Positions 39,815 through 49,121 of a stretch of DNA of 55,361 nt are shown here, piece after piece. This stretch comes from a virus (taxonomy: Duplodnaviria; Caudoviricetes), in IMG/VR virus record IMGVR_UViG_3300036781_000204, positions 1 through 55,361 of that record; one strand, 5' to 3'. Positions within the stretch are counted from its first letter, which is position 1. Every line of letters starts with the position of its first letter. The translations under genes were made by a program, and so were the position numbers. The notes under the pieces are model-generated. The model was not told the origin of the DNA. It worked only from the letters and a program-made list of their open reading frames with translations, and searched no databases.

Positions 39815-40614
39815 TATTTCGCCTCCCCATTCACCAGCGCCTTCTGTCGAAGTTCCTTCACCTCGTTGGGGACTTTGTGCTTCCAGTAGAACTCACTGAC
39901 CATTCCCTTTCCCTGGCAGGTTCGGCACTGGTTGAGCGCGAGTCCCTGACACGTTGGACACACCGCGAACGGCAAACCGATCTTTAGGAACTGGAATGCG
40001 TTCGACAAGTCAGCGAGCAGTTGGGACATATTCACCTCGAGATACATCTTGTCCTTCTCGGCCTCCGCCTGCTCCATCCGGACGCGAATGTTGCTTAGGC
40101 TGGTGAGCATGTCGCGCACTTCCTGGGAGCGATTCCAGTGAACCAGAGCCGCTCCGCGAATGACCGCTCCGGTATGGTCGTAGATGTCCGGCATGATCGG
40201 GGGTGGTCGGTTCGGTGGTGGGACCAGCGGTGGACGCTCGTCCTCCTGAATACGCAACCGTTGCGTATTTGGAACCTCCGGTTGCGGAGTGTCGGTTGTC
40301 ATCCGTTCAGCCGGCGTCGGCCGTGGAGCCGCCAGCGCCCGGTAAGCCGCCGCGGGGTCGGTAATCTCTTGAGCGGTTAACAACTCCCGATTGTTGAAGA
40401 CCTTCATGTAATTCTGAATCGTCCGCTTGGACAATCCGGGGAGTTCTTCAGCGCAATAGCCGAGGAACTGTCCGTGTGGAAGGTCGCTCTTTATGGCGGC
40501 GATGAGCTCGCCCACCTGGATTGCTTTTTCCAGAGACGCTCTGGCGCTGCCCACGATTTCTGTGTGAAGCTCCATGATTTGTTGAACTCGAGTCGGTCCT
40601 GCTTGTCTTGGCAT
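39814..40614 (-). CDS. DUF3102-like DNA-binding protein with C-terminal Zn finger
   Basis: 'AIQVGELI...LPHGQFL.Y...SKRTIQNYM'; C-terminal CPTCQG..CRTCQGKG. Confidence 0.7.
   Translation of the reverse strand: MPRQAGPTRVQQIMELHTEIVGSARASLEKAIQVGELIAAIKSDLPHGQFLGYCAEELPGLSKRTIQNYMKVFNNRELLTAQEITDPAAAYRALAAPRPTPAERMTTDTPQPEVPNTQRLRIQEDERPPLVPPPNRPPPIMPDIYDHTGAVIRGAALVHWNRSQEVRDMLTSLSNIRVRMEQAEAEKDKMYLEVNMSQLLADLSNAFQFLKIGLPFAVCPTCQGLALNQCRTCQGKGMVSEFYWKHKVPNEVKELRQKALVNGEAK
40249..40269. promoter_or_regulatory. Palindromic operator-like site, copy 3 (perfect)
   Basis: AATACGCAAC-C-GTTGCGTATT inside the DUF3102-like gene. Confidence 0.65.
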
Positions 40615-40615
40615 A

Positions 40616-40852
40616 TTATTTTACCTCCTTGTTCTGGTGGAAGCTGCGTTCGATCTTTTCGCCACATCCCATGCAGTGACCGTTAGCCACCATGAAGTGA
40701 CTGCACGGAAAGTGCTGGCTTGCCGATCTTTCCAGTTCGAGTGCGGCCTTGGATAATTCTTCGGCGCACTTCTGGATGTATTCCAATCTTCCAATCCGGC
40801 GCGCGGACAATAATTTTGTCCACGCATCTTCATACTGCTGTCGTCTGTCCAT
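40616..40852 (-). CDS. Hypothetical protein
   Basis: AAAGGACA precedes ATG 40852; CxH...CxxC. Confidence 0.55.
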   Translation of the reverse strand: MDRRQQYEDAWTKLLSARRIGRLEYIQKCAEELSKAALELERSASQHFPCSHFMVANGHCMGCGEKIERSFHQNKEVK

Positions 40853-41702
40853 GATTCTGTCCTTTCCATTGTTTAAACTGTTCGCAAAACTGAGATACTG
40901 AGCAATAATTCTCGCAGCGCGGCCTCTCGGCAGGACGCACTTCGATTGAGTAAGCTGACGGACTGGCTTGGGACGCGATGAATTGGCCGGCATCCAGTTT
41001 TGTGGCGAGAACTCTGGACGCTTTCACATTTCCCTTCTTCATCACCGCGTATTTTTCCGGCCGCTCCCACATTTCGTCGGGGGCACATTGGGGAAGCAGT
41101 CCGTTCCGGGCAGCGATGTGTAGCGCCATCCGGTTGCTCATCCACAGCTCCGTCATGTTCTTTTCCCAGATGCGAACGGGCAGCACCCGAACCTGCGACT
41201 GGGGATATGATTTGTCGCGCGATGCTTCAGCCACACTCCAATCTCGGAAGATCGCTATGATTCTCAACTCCTTCACTTCGACACCATAGGCGTCAGCGAG
41301 ATATTTGTAGCAGTTGAGCTGCTGCTCCCACTCCGGCTTCACGCCGTCCCTCACCGCCCATAGTGAAGTGAATTTGTAATCGTCGATGGCTTTGTCGGGT
41401 TCGCAGTAATCGATCTGGCCGGAGATTTTCTTCCCCTGGAGCTCGACGATGCAGCGCTCCTCAACAATTCCTCCGTTCGATGATCGCCGGAGAACTTCGT
41501 GACCAGCGCTGCCCATGAGTTGCCACAACCGATCACTGGCGTCTTCCTCCAGTTCGTCTTTGTGGATTATTTCCAGCGCAGAGATGCGCGGTGGTTTGAC
41601 GAGCTCGGTGACGCTGAAGTCAGCGCCGCCTTTGTCGTAAACCGAGTGACTGACTGCCCGAACTAGCGGCTCGGGCAAACCGAATTTATTTGTGATTTTC
41701 AT
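40830..41702 (-). CDS. PD-(D/E)XK exonuclease (Cas4/RecB-like)
   Basis: 'G...HE', 'SGQID', 'DYK', 'QLNCY', C-terminal Cys cluster 'RCENYCSVSQFC'. Confidence 0.85.
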   Translation of the reverse strand: MKITNKFGLPEPLVRAVSHSVYDKGGADFSVTELVKPPRISALEIIHKDELEEDASDRLWQLMGSAGHEVLRRSSNGGIVEERCIVELQGKKISGQIDYCEPDKAIDDYKFTSLWAVRDGVKPEWEQQLNCYKYLADAYGVEVKELRIIAIFRDWSVAEASRDKSYPQSQVRVLPVRIWEKNMTELWMSNRMALHIAARNGLLPQCAPDEMWERPEKYAVMKKGNVKASRVLATKLDAGQFIASQASPSAYSIEVRPAERPRCENYCSVSQFCEQFKQWKGQNHGQTTAV

Positions 41703-41992
41703 TCTTTTCCATTCTCAGGAACAATCCTAATTCCACCGCCCGGATAAATAGTCACCAGGAATACTCGACCGCTGAAGGTGGCGTGAATCTTGGCATATTT
41801 CGCATCGGCGTTGTAATTCACCCACTCGATTGGCAGGAATCCTCCACCGATGAGCTTTTCTTTAACGCTCACTGTCACCGCTCTAAGCCTCTCATTGCGT
41901 TCTTTTTTGAGGGCCTCTTTCTGGAGGATTTCAGCCTCCTTCGCCGCAGCCTTCTTCGCTGCACGCGACTTAAACCATTGTGTGATTTTCAT
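41699..41992 (-). CDS. Hypothetical protein
   Basis: Coupled ORF in the leftward arm. Confidence 0.55.
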   Translation of the reverse strand: MKITQWFKSRAAKKAAAKEAEILQKEALKKERNERLRAVTVSVKEKLIGGGFLPIEWVNYNADAKYAKIHATFSGRVFLVTIYPGGGIRIVPENGKE

Positions 41993-42201
41993 TTGATAGG
42001 TTTTATTTTACTGACTTTCATGCCTGTGGTGGTCTGGGCCTCCTTAAGGCAGTGGTCGCAAGAAGGCAGTCGCTTTGGTTTCTCTCCAGGATTGGTGAAT
42101 TCAGCGGTCACTGTAGAATTTGATTTGCACTGATTCCACCCTGTCCCTCCAAGCTGGAAGGCTCCATACCTCCTCCAGCCCTCACATCTTATTTTTTTCA
42201 A
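41989..42201 (-). CDS. Small Cys-containing hypothetical protein
   Basis: Coupled ORF; C...C...CxxC. Confidence 0.55.
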   Translation of the reverse strand: MKKIRCEGWRRYGAFQLGGTGWNQCKSNSTVTAEFTNPGEKPKRLPSCDHCLKEAQTTTGMKVSKIKPIK

Positions 42202-42590
42202 AACAGCACCTCCTGTGAAGTTTCGTCTCGATACATTCCACGTCCTCTTTCATACTCGTGCTGAAAGCTGACATCATTGCGGTCGCACCAGTGCATTAAG
42301 TCGTCCAGAAAGTCCGCAACCACATCCTCGATGTCGGTTCCGGTTCGGTCCATGAACGCTCTGAGTGCCAAGCCAGCCCATTCAGCCCTCTCATAGTTTC
42401 TGCCGTCAGGATTTGGCGGGAGTGGACCGTTTTTGAAGATGACTTTTTGATTCTCTGTCGGCTGACCCGCCAACTGGCGCATCAGATTAATCTCGTGACG
42501 AACCACTTCGTCAGGAGCGTTCAATCCGATCACGTCAATCAGCCGGGCAGCCCCGCTCTTGATCTTATCCATGTCGTCCATGCTTATCAT
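42198..42590 (-). CDS. Hypothetical protein
   Basis: 'N.ERAEWA..AL...DFLDDLMHWCDR' motif; AAAGGACA upstream. Confidence 0.65.
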   Translation of the reverse strand: MISMDDMDKIKSGAARLIDVIGLNAPDEVVRHEINLMRQLAGQPTENQKVIFKNGPLPPNPDGRNYERAEWAGLALRAFMDRTGTDIEDVVADFLDDLMHWCDRNDVSFQHEYERGRGMYRDETSQEVLF

Positions 42591-42626
42591 TTTCTGTCCT
42601 TTGGTTTTTACAAGATGGGTATTGTT

Positions 42627-43535
42627 TTATTTATTCTTCAGTTCTTCCATAGTAAATACTATGCCAGCCACCTCACGGATTTTAGACACCGCGTTCCTGC
42701 ATGTCTTCAGCAGCCACTCGTAGTGCTCTTTATTTCCACGTATCTGCTCCACCTTTTTCTCATTGCAGTAAAAGAACAGTGCGCTCGAAAGCGCCAACAC
42801 GGTGCGTTGCTGATTGGCTGTCCCGCCTTCCAAATGTGTCGGCCTTTCAATGAACTTCTGGAACTGAAGCACTGGGCTGGTTTTGGGTAAATTGGCCAGC
42901 TCGTTAAACTCTGTGGCAAATAAGTCTGCCGTGTCGGGTTCGACAGTTCTTAGAAGCGCCAATGGAGCGAGTATCCTTCCAGAGTATTTCTGGGAAGGCG
43001 CGTGGTTGGCACCCAGTATTTCAATGAGGGAGACGAAGTGATTCTTCATAAGGTTCGCCACCGCCATTCCCTGTGGGTTGCTCATCGCTCGGTCGCCAAA
43101 ACTAGTCACCATTAGCGCGAGTATTCTAGAGGCGCTGGCTATGGAGGAACTATACATAAATCCGTTGATTCCTAGCTGCTCCCCCAATGCCCGCTTACGA
43201 CCAATATCAAAGGTATCTATGGTTTTAAGGCTTTTGTTCACGTTCTCTGGAAGGTCCCACAGGACAATCATTGAGATCGTCACACCACTCCTAACTACAG
43301 CCGCTAAGCGATGTTGGCCGTCGAGTAGATTGCCATCAACGTCAAATGAGATGCCTTGGCCTGTCAGGGACCAATTTCCACCTTTCATATCCATTGCATA
43401 AATTTTAACCGTTCGTTCGTTCAATAGTCGTTGACGGAACTTCCCGTCCACTTGAGACCTTGAATGCTTTTCCAGTATTTCCATTGCCCATTCGGGTGTA
43501 ACCTGACGTATTTCCGATCTTGGTTTGCTGCTCAT
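42627..43535 (-). CDS. ParB/Srx-like protein (DGQHR motif)
   Basis: 'YA.DM..G.W..TGQGI.FD..G.LLDGQHRL.A'. Confidence 0.75.
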   Translation of the reverse strand: MSSKPRSEIRQVTPEWAMEILEKHSRSQVDGKFRQRLLNERTVKIYAMDMKGGNWSLTGQGISFDVDGNLLDGQHRLAAVVRSGVTISMIVLWDLPENVNKSLKTIDTFDIGRKRALGEQLGINGFMYSSSIASASRILALMVTSFGDRAMSNPQGMAVANLMKNHFVSLIEILGANHAPSQKYSGRILAPLALLRTVEPDTADLFATEFNELANLPKTSPVLQFQKFIERPTHLEGGTANQQRTVLALSSALFFYCNEKKVEQIRGNKEHYEWLLKTCRNAVSKIREVAGIVFTMEELKNK

Positions 43536-43573
43536 AATTGTCCCTTTTTTGGTTTTTGGTTTTAATTTCCGGC

Positions 43574-44734
43574 TCAAAAATCGTAGTGATCTTCGGCTGC
43601 ATCCAGTGCAAGCCGGAAGTTCTTCATGAGTTCAATTTCAGCGTCCGGCTTACGCACGCCGTTGTAGCTCTCCTCGACTTCGTAATTCTTCACCCATCCG
43701 TAGAGCTTCTTTTTATCTAGCTCTCCGATGGGTGTTCCCTGCTGGGCACCGAATGGAACGCAAACAGCCTTCCACCAGAGCACGTCCGGCTGACGGTCGC
43801 CATCCATGAACGCCTTCAGCTCCGCCATGATCGAGTCATACTGCTTTTTGACCGTCGGCACGTATTGGTTCGGCAGGTCTTCCAAGGCCTGCGTGTCGGT
43901 TAGCCACCCATTCGCCGTGAAGTATTGCATGGCAGATGTCCTGTAATCGGACAGAGCGGCGAGGAACCGGAACCGCTGATCTTTGTCCGCCTGCGCCGGG
44001 GGTGCCATTTGGGGCGCAACATCCTCAGTTCTGGCCGCTGGCCTTGAAGCGGGCTGGGGGGCTGGCGCTGCGTTTGGACGCTGGGTGGTGTCTTGAGACC
44101 CTCCAGACCGTCCTGGGGCATTGCGTGGACTTCGGCGCCTCTCGCTTTCCCGTTCCCACCACCCGGCACACCAGTCTTTTTTCCACGCTTGGAGTCCAAT
44201 TCCGAGTTCCTTGGCACACCGACGTAGGGCGGCAGTTTTTGCCCCCTCCACGGCGTCACCATAATTCTGGGTCTGGTTTTTCTTGTAGTAAACCATGTCG
44301 CCGACGGCCTCTGCCACAAAACAGCCGCGGACGAGCAACATTGCTTCGACGTAAATTCGGGTTGCGTCATCTCCGGTGGATGTTTTGAAGTCCTCACCCC
44401 ATCGGCTGCGGGGAACGATTGCCCACTGGCCCAAGCCGAACACGTTGTTCAACCGATCACGCAAAAAAGCGTGTTCGATGTAGATCAGGTTTTCTTTTCC
44501 GCCGGCTCCCGGCTTGAACGCTTCATCCGGAAAGTCGGCCTTCAGCGCCGCGCATTCTTCCGGGGTTAGGTTCAACATGCTCGCGCGCTCATACGCCTTC
44601 AGCGTCAGATTGGCCACTGCGTCCACGCGAGCCTGGGCCGGCGTCGTGGGGGCTGCGGGTGCTGGCGGTGGAAGGGCTGGGTCGCGGAGCTGCACTGCGG
44701 ACGATTCAACTGGGATTGCATCTTGTTCGTTCAT
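43574..44734 (-). CDS. Rad52/Mgm101-like single-strand annealing protein
   Basis: 'IYIEH..LRDRLNNVFG.GQWAIVPR...EGAKTAALRRCAKELGIG..W'; C-terminal 'PFG..QG..IGEL' domain. Confidence 0.8.
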   Translation of the reverse strand: MNEQDAIPVESSAVQLRDPALPPPAPAAPTTPAQARVDAVANLTLKAYERASMLNLTPEECAALKADFPDEAFKPGAGGKENLIYIEHAFLRDRLNNVFGLGQWAIVPRSRWGEDFKTSTGDDATRIYVEAMLLVRGCFVAEAVGDMVYYKKNQTQNYGDAVEGAKTAALRRCAKELGIGLQAWKKDWCAGWWERESERRRSPRNAPGRSGGSQDTTQRPNAAPAPQPASRPAARTEDVAPQMAPPAQADKDQRFRFLAALSDYRTSAMQYFTANGWLTDTQALEDLPNQYVPTVKKQYDSIMAELKAFMDGDRQPDVLWWKAVCVPFGAQQGTPIGELDKKKLYGWVKNYEVEESYNGVRKPDAEIELMKNFRLALDAAEDHYDF

Positions 44735-45114
44735 TTTGTTTTGTGTGTTTCGGCGTGGTGGTATTTGCAGAGCCACGTCACTTGAAGTGGTTTGGAATAA
44801 TCGTCATGGTGCGCCTCCACTATTGGATTGCCACACTCCTGACATGGGGATTTAGAAAGAGTGCCGTTTCTTGCAGCGTCTCTCGCGATACGGCGGGCGC
44901 GCATCTTCACTCGGAGTGATGGCGTGCGCCAATATCGTGAGAAATTCCGCAGTTCTCTTGCTCTGTTTTCGGGGCGGGAACGCCAGCGCCTTTTATTTCG
45001 TCTGGAGTGCGCCTTGGTCTTTGGGGAGCTCTTGGAATTTTTGAGCGGCCGGCCTTCGATTTTTCTCCTGATTCGATACTCTTTGGCGTAGGCACGTCTC
45101 TGTTCGACTGTCAT
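44731..45114 (-). CDS. HNH-like endonuclease
   Basis: 'PCQECG...EAHHDDYSKPL.V.WLC..HH...H'. Confidence 0.8.
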   Translation of the reverse strand: MTVEQRRAYAKEYRIRRKIEGRPLKNSKSSPKTKAHSRRNKRRWRSRPENRARELRNFSRYWRTPSLRVKMRARRIARDAARNGTLSKSPCQECGNPIVEAHHDDYSKPLQVTWLCKYHHAETHKTK

Positions 45115-45264
45115 ATCACAATGAAATTAAGCGGGGTTGCGAGTTTTCGGGCGGGACAGAACGCCTCATGCCACGTAAGTAGCAACATGATTCTCGCAAC
45201 CCCAGATTTGTTAATTCCTAAACCGTAGTGTCTCTTTCGATTGGAACATTATCACGTTCGTCAA

Positions 45265-46371
45265 TCACCCCCCACCGTAACCGCTCCAGTCCGGGTCTCC
45301 CGGCATGGATTCAGTTGAGGGAGCGTCGGTGATTGAGGGTTTATCTCCAGCTCCGATAGCCTTTGGAGCTGGTATCGACTGCTCCTCAAACTCGGCTGCG
45401 ATAATCTCACTCGCGAAATTCGGCATCTCGCGTTCCAAGTCATCCACATCGCACTTATGATGCAGGCAAGCCTTGAGAATAACTTCGTGAGCCCCCAGGG
45501 AAAGGTCGTTCATGGCATCCTGAACTTCCTCGAGCTCGAATTGAGAATGCTTGATCTCGAAGACTATCTCCTTCCACGCCGCCCGCGCCCTCTGCCATAG
45601 TGGAACTGTCTCGGACGAAAACGTCGAGTGAGTGTTTGAATTGGAGTGATAGTCGGGAAACATGCTTGGCGAGGCCGACACCTCCGGTTTCTTGATCTCG
45701 ATCATGTTCAATTTCCAGATCTCGGGAAATGGAACCGTCGATGGTTCGCACATCTGACGACGTGCCGTGATGCTGCGAATGTCTTTCGGAAGGAACTTTT
45801 GGAACTGCACCGGACACTCGGCCATGATGTCGCCAGTATCCCAGAACCAGCTCAGGTCCGGCTCGAAGCACAGCCCCTTTCGATAGAATCGCGCATGAAT
45901 GTCGTGCAGCTTCTCATCCATCTTTCCCACGGTGATGTGGATTCCATCCTGACCTTTTTCATTTTCCAAATCCACGCCGGACTGGAATGCGCTCATTGAG
46001 CAATGGTGATGAACCGTGCCGAAGTAAAGCCACGTCGCATCGAACTGCTCGCGTTGCTTTTTCGACTCATCGTTCACGACTTCACGTGCCGACATTCCGC
46101 TCTTGGCTTCCTGGGGATATGCCCACGCAGCCCACGTCTGCTCCTGCACGTTGACGTAGAGGCGAACTTGCGACTCGCTTTTGTAGGTATCGTAAGTCCA
46201 TTTGAAGAACGCCAGAACTCGCTGCCATTCCTCTTTTGGTATATTCGGCCCCACCCATGTCAGAGATGCCGACGTTTTCTCGATCTTGTGCTCGAACGAG
46301 CACTCGAATAGTCCATCGATCTCCTCCGACTCGGAGATGACCTTCTTATTTTTATCATGTTTCATTTTCAC
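45265..46371 (-). CDS. JAB/JAMM metallopeptidase (deubiquitinase-like)
   Basis: Upstream Glu (SESQV) plus HxH-x7-S-x2-D (HHHCSMSAFQSGVD); 'DGIHITVG'; acidic C-terminal tail. Confidence 0.85.
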   Translation of the reverse strand: MKMKHDKNKKVISESEEIDGLFECSFEHKIEKTSASLTWVGPNIPKEEWQRVLAFFKWTYDTYKSESQVRLYVNVQEQTWAAWAYPQEAKSGMSAREVVNDESKKQREQFDATWLYFGTVHHHCSMSAFQSGVDLENEKGQDGIHITVGKMDEKLHDIHARFYRKGLCFEPDLSWFWDTGDIMAECPVQFQKFLPKDIRSITARRQMCEPSTVPFPEIWKLNMIEIKKPEVSASPSMFPDYHSNSNTHSTFSSETVPLWQRARAAWKEIVFEIKHSQFELEEVQDAMNDLSLGAHEVILKACLHHKCDVDDLEREMPNFASEIIAAEFEEQSIPAPKAIGAGDKPSITDAPSTESMPGDPDWSGYGGG

Positions 46372-46411
46372 TGAGTCTGTCCTTTCTTTTTGTTTTGGTT
46401 TTTTAATCGCC

Positions 46412-47275
46412 CTAACCTTCCGAATCCAACCGAGAAGTGGTTCCCGGAGAAATCCTGTCCAGAAGAACTCTCAAGTTTGCCTTAACCTCGCGCTGGTTCC
46501 AGCTCCAATTGAATTCGTCATTGTCACTGGCTTCGTGGTTTGAGTATTCATAGCCCCCGTCGATTTGATCTGGCTCAGGAACGGCAATCCAGCTAACATT
46601 ATTGCTAATACTGTCATCCATGAGATCACGAATGCTATCCATGAAATCCTCCCAAGTATCGGACTCATCTGCTTCTCGGATGATGTCCTGCTCCGTTAGT
46701 TCCACACTTCCGGAACCTCTCATCACTACCGAGTAATCAGCCGTTCCTGACTCGGGTTGGGCCGCCTCAAACGAGATGCTTAAATAGGACGGTCTCGGCG
46801 CTACGCTGACCGGACGTGGGCTTGCTGGGGCTGGCGACGGCCAACCTGGAAGCTCTGGTGGGTCGTAGTTAAACTCAATCCATTTCTTGATCTGTGCATA
46901 TGACACACAGTCATCGGGGATTGTGATGTTGAGGTGAGCCAGAATCACGGCGCGAACCGTGTTGTTCTGGGGAGCCACCTTTATGAGGTTGATGACGCTG
47001 GTCGGAAGCACTCTGTCAATCGTGCATTTCTGAACCTGCGCGACCACCGCAGGATTCGCGGCCGGGTCTTCCTTTGGAAGTTCCGGCGGTGGTGATGCGC
47101 CAGGGTCAGAGTTCACGATATTGTCGATTCGAGTGATGGTCTCCGACACCTGTTCGGCGAGAGACCGTGCGAGCGACAAGTCACCATTGTCCGGTGGTGG
47201 CAGGGGGTCGGGAGTATATATATTCGTAATAGGCTCCGGGGGCTCATCCTCCCAATTATCAAACTCGTTACTCAT
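46412..47275 (-). CDS. Acidic Pro-rich protein of the Ubl operon (function unknown)
   Basis: 287 aa between E1 and JAB; AAAGGACA upstream. Confidence 0.7.
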   Translation of the reverse strand: MSNEFDNWEDEPPEPITNIYTPDPLPPPDNGDLSLARSLAEQVSETITRIDNIVNSDPGASPPPELPKEDPAANPAVVAQVQKCTIDRVLPTSVINLIKVAPQNNTVRAVILAHLNITIPDDCVSYAQIKKWIEFNYDPPELPGWPSPAPASPRPVSVAPRPSYLSISFEAAQPESGTADYSVVMRGSGSVELTEQDIIREADESDTWEDFMDSIRDLMDDSISNNVSWIAVPEPDQIDGGYEYSNHEASDNDEFNWSWNQREVKANLRVLLDRISPGTTSRLDSEG

Positions 47276-47984
47276 CTTGCTGTCCTTTCATTTCGGTTTC
47301 TGGTTCGGTTGTTTTAAGGGCGTCGGAGATTTTGAATGTCTCCAGCTTGGTCATGTTCGCCACGAGGCGATACGGCAGGCTGCCTCTGGTCTTTTCGCTG
47401 AACTTGTCAGCCTTCAAATGCCAGAGCGCAAACAGATGACCGGCCAGTGAAGCGGCCAGCGAATTACTCGTGACGAGCTGAAGGTTCGCCTTCTGAGCCT
47501 CGCCGGTGCAACCGGCCGACCGGGATCTCGGGTCGCCACTATGGTCAGTGAGGATGTCGGGGAAGTAAACCCTCGGGTCGATCTTTGTCTCCTTCCACGC
47601 AGACTCGTAGTAATACGCCTCCGCGGAGTGAGTCTCGTTCGCCGCGAAGATGGCGCGACACTCGTGACGGTCACACTCACCGAGCGCAGCTCGACGAGCG
47701 GCGTGATTGTCCACGCAGACGATTATCCAATCGCTTTGGCGGAACTCCAGCAGTCCCTCACAAAACCATTCCGGTCTTGATTGGCACTGGTAGCGTTCAG
47801 CGAGTGCATCGGCCTTGTTCCGACCCACATCCTTTTGATTGAACAACTGACGGTCGAGGTTTTTGCTCTCGAGCGTGTCGCCGTCGATCATGGTGATGAG
47901 TTTCGGTGAAGTGAGCAGCGTGAGAGCTGGCACCAACCAGGAGCCAACGCCTCCGCATCCAATGATATAGATATTTCCTTTCAT
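47268..47984 (-). CDS. ThiF/E1-like adenylating enzyme
   Basis: GCGGVGS, IDGD, NLDRQ, K, CVDN..AR, candidate catalytic Cys in 'AGC(T)'. Confidence 0.92.
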   Translation of the reverse strand: MKGNIYIIGCGGVGSWLVPALTLLTSPKLITMIDGDTLESKNLDRQLFNQKDVGRNKADALAERYQCQSRPEWFCEGLLEFRQSDWIIVCVDNHAARRAALGECDRHECRAIFAANETHSAEAYYYESAWKETKIDPRVYFPDILTDHSGDPRSRSAGCTGEAQKANLQLVTSNSLAASLAGHLFALWHLKADKFSEKTRGSLPYRLVANMTKLETFKISDALKTTEPETEMKGQQDE

Positions 47985-48316
47985 ACGATTATTTGTGTGT
48001 CCCGATTTCGTTGAAGGACGCCGACGATTGTCACGGCCGGATTCGGCTTAGTGAGATCGCTGTTCATCCTTTCTCTAGTGCGATAAATGATGGCATCGAA
48101 CAATTCCAGATCGTGCATTGATATGTATTGAGTCCTTACCGATGTAGACATTATGAGAAGGACGGCCGTGGCCGTGTGTCCAAAGACAACCCTCCCTATC
48201 TCGTCTTGGATTTGAAGTATTCCTGATTTCAAGGAATCCTCAATGGCAGTCCGATTATCAATTCGATAGACGGCACTATTAAGCGCCTCCACCAGTTCTG
48301 GATTTGGTTGGCTCAT
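47981..48316 (-). CDS. Hypothetical protein of the Ubl operon
   Basis: ATGA-coupled to both E2 and E1. Confidence 0.6.
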   Translation of the reverse strand: MSQPNPELVEALNSAVYRIDNRTAIEDSLKSGILQIQDEIGRVVFGHTATAVLLIMSTSVRTQYISMHDLELFDAIIYRTRERMNSDLTKPNPAVTIVGVLQRNRDTQIIV

Positions 48317-49050
48317 AGCACGATGTATTTAAGGATTGCGGTTGATACCTTATTACAAAGTCTCCACCATTCACCTTCGATTGGCAGAGTTTGAAATCCA
48401 TCTTTGAGAGGCTTGAAGTGGAAGAATTTGGAAGTGATTCCGTTGTCGTCTCCGTAATACAAATCCGTGTTATACGGCGCGCTGCGGAACTGGGCGATGG
48501 CCTTCTCCACCGACTCAAACGCGGTTGGAGAGACTGAGCTGTATTCCCCGTTGCAAATCTCACCCGTGTCATAGATGTTCGCCATCGGCATCCGGTAGGC
48601 GTTTCCATCTTTGCTGAAGGCGAATAGATACTGCTTCAGCACTCGAGCCCCGCTAGGTCCCGATGCAACGTGAGCGACGAATCGAATCAGTGGAGTGTCG
48701 CGGCCAGCCAGGGCTTGCTCAACATTCCATGCAATCGACAATTTCGGGTCCGACTTCGCGAACGTGGGAACCAGTTGGGCGTCCTCGCCTTCACCGGAAG
48801 CCTTGAACGTGCTTTTGAAGACGATCTCCGCCAGCGGAATCGTCCAGTATTGTGTGCTATCCTTCGGGTCGATGGACACATTCACCACGCCACACCCAGG
48901 CATCGTGAACATATTCTTGACCTTTAATATCGCACCGGATGAGAACGCTTTTCCAAGCGCTTCTCCAGGGTCGATTTCGTCCTCCGTGACGGAGCGACGA
49001 ACCATTCTACCGTCGGCGCTGATCGCCCATTCTGCTTTTACAATTGGCAT
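48313..49050 (-). CDS. Prokaryotic E2-like conjugating enzyme (Prok-E2 family D / PRTRC protein B-like)
   Basis: 'YRMPMANIYDTGEICNG...F..AP.N.DL' with candidate catalytic Cys. Confidence 0.75.
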   Translation of the reverse strand: MPIVKAEWAISADGRMVRRSVTEDEIDPGEALGKAFSSGAILKVKNMFTMPGCGVVNVSIDPKDSTQYWTIPLAEIVFKSTFKASGEGEDAQLVPTFAKSDPKLSIAWNVEQALAGRDTPLIRFVAHVASGPSGARVLKQYLFAFSKDGNAYRMPMANIYDTGEICNGEYSSVSPTAFESVEKAIAQFRSAPYNTDLYYGDDNGITSKFFHFKPLKDGFQTLPIEGEWWRLCNKVSTAILKYIVL

Positions 49051-49069
49051 AATCTGTCCTTTTTAAATG

Positions 49070-49104
49070 GAAAAACCGGCCGCAAGGTTTCGCCCCACGG
49101 CCGG
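49070..49104 (-). terminator. Intrinsic terminator between Ubl and E2 genes
   Basis: Minus strand CCGGCCGTGGGG-CGAAA-CCTTGCGGCCGG-TTTTT. Confidence 0.75.
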
Positions 49105-49121
49105 AGTTATTTTTGTTTTCG

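Noticed and set aside
40830-41702. Cas4 as evidence of a CRISPR-Cas system
   Set aside because: No repeat-spacer array or other cas genes were seen; stand-alone Cas4-like nucleases are common phage recombination exonucleases.
47268-47984. ThiF as a thiamine or molybdopterin biosynthesis auxiliary gene
   Set aside because: No ThiG, MoaE or desulfurase genes are present; the neighbours are E2-like and JAB genes, and the Ubl lacks a terminal GG.
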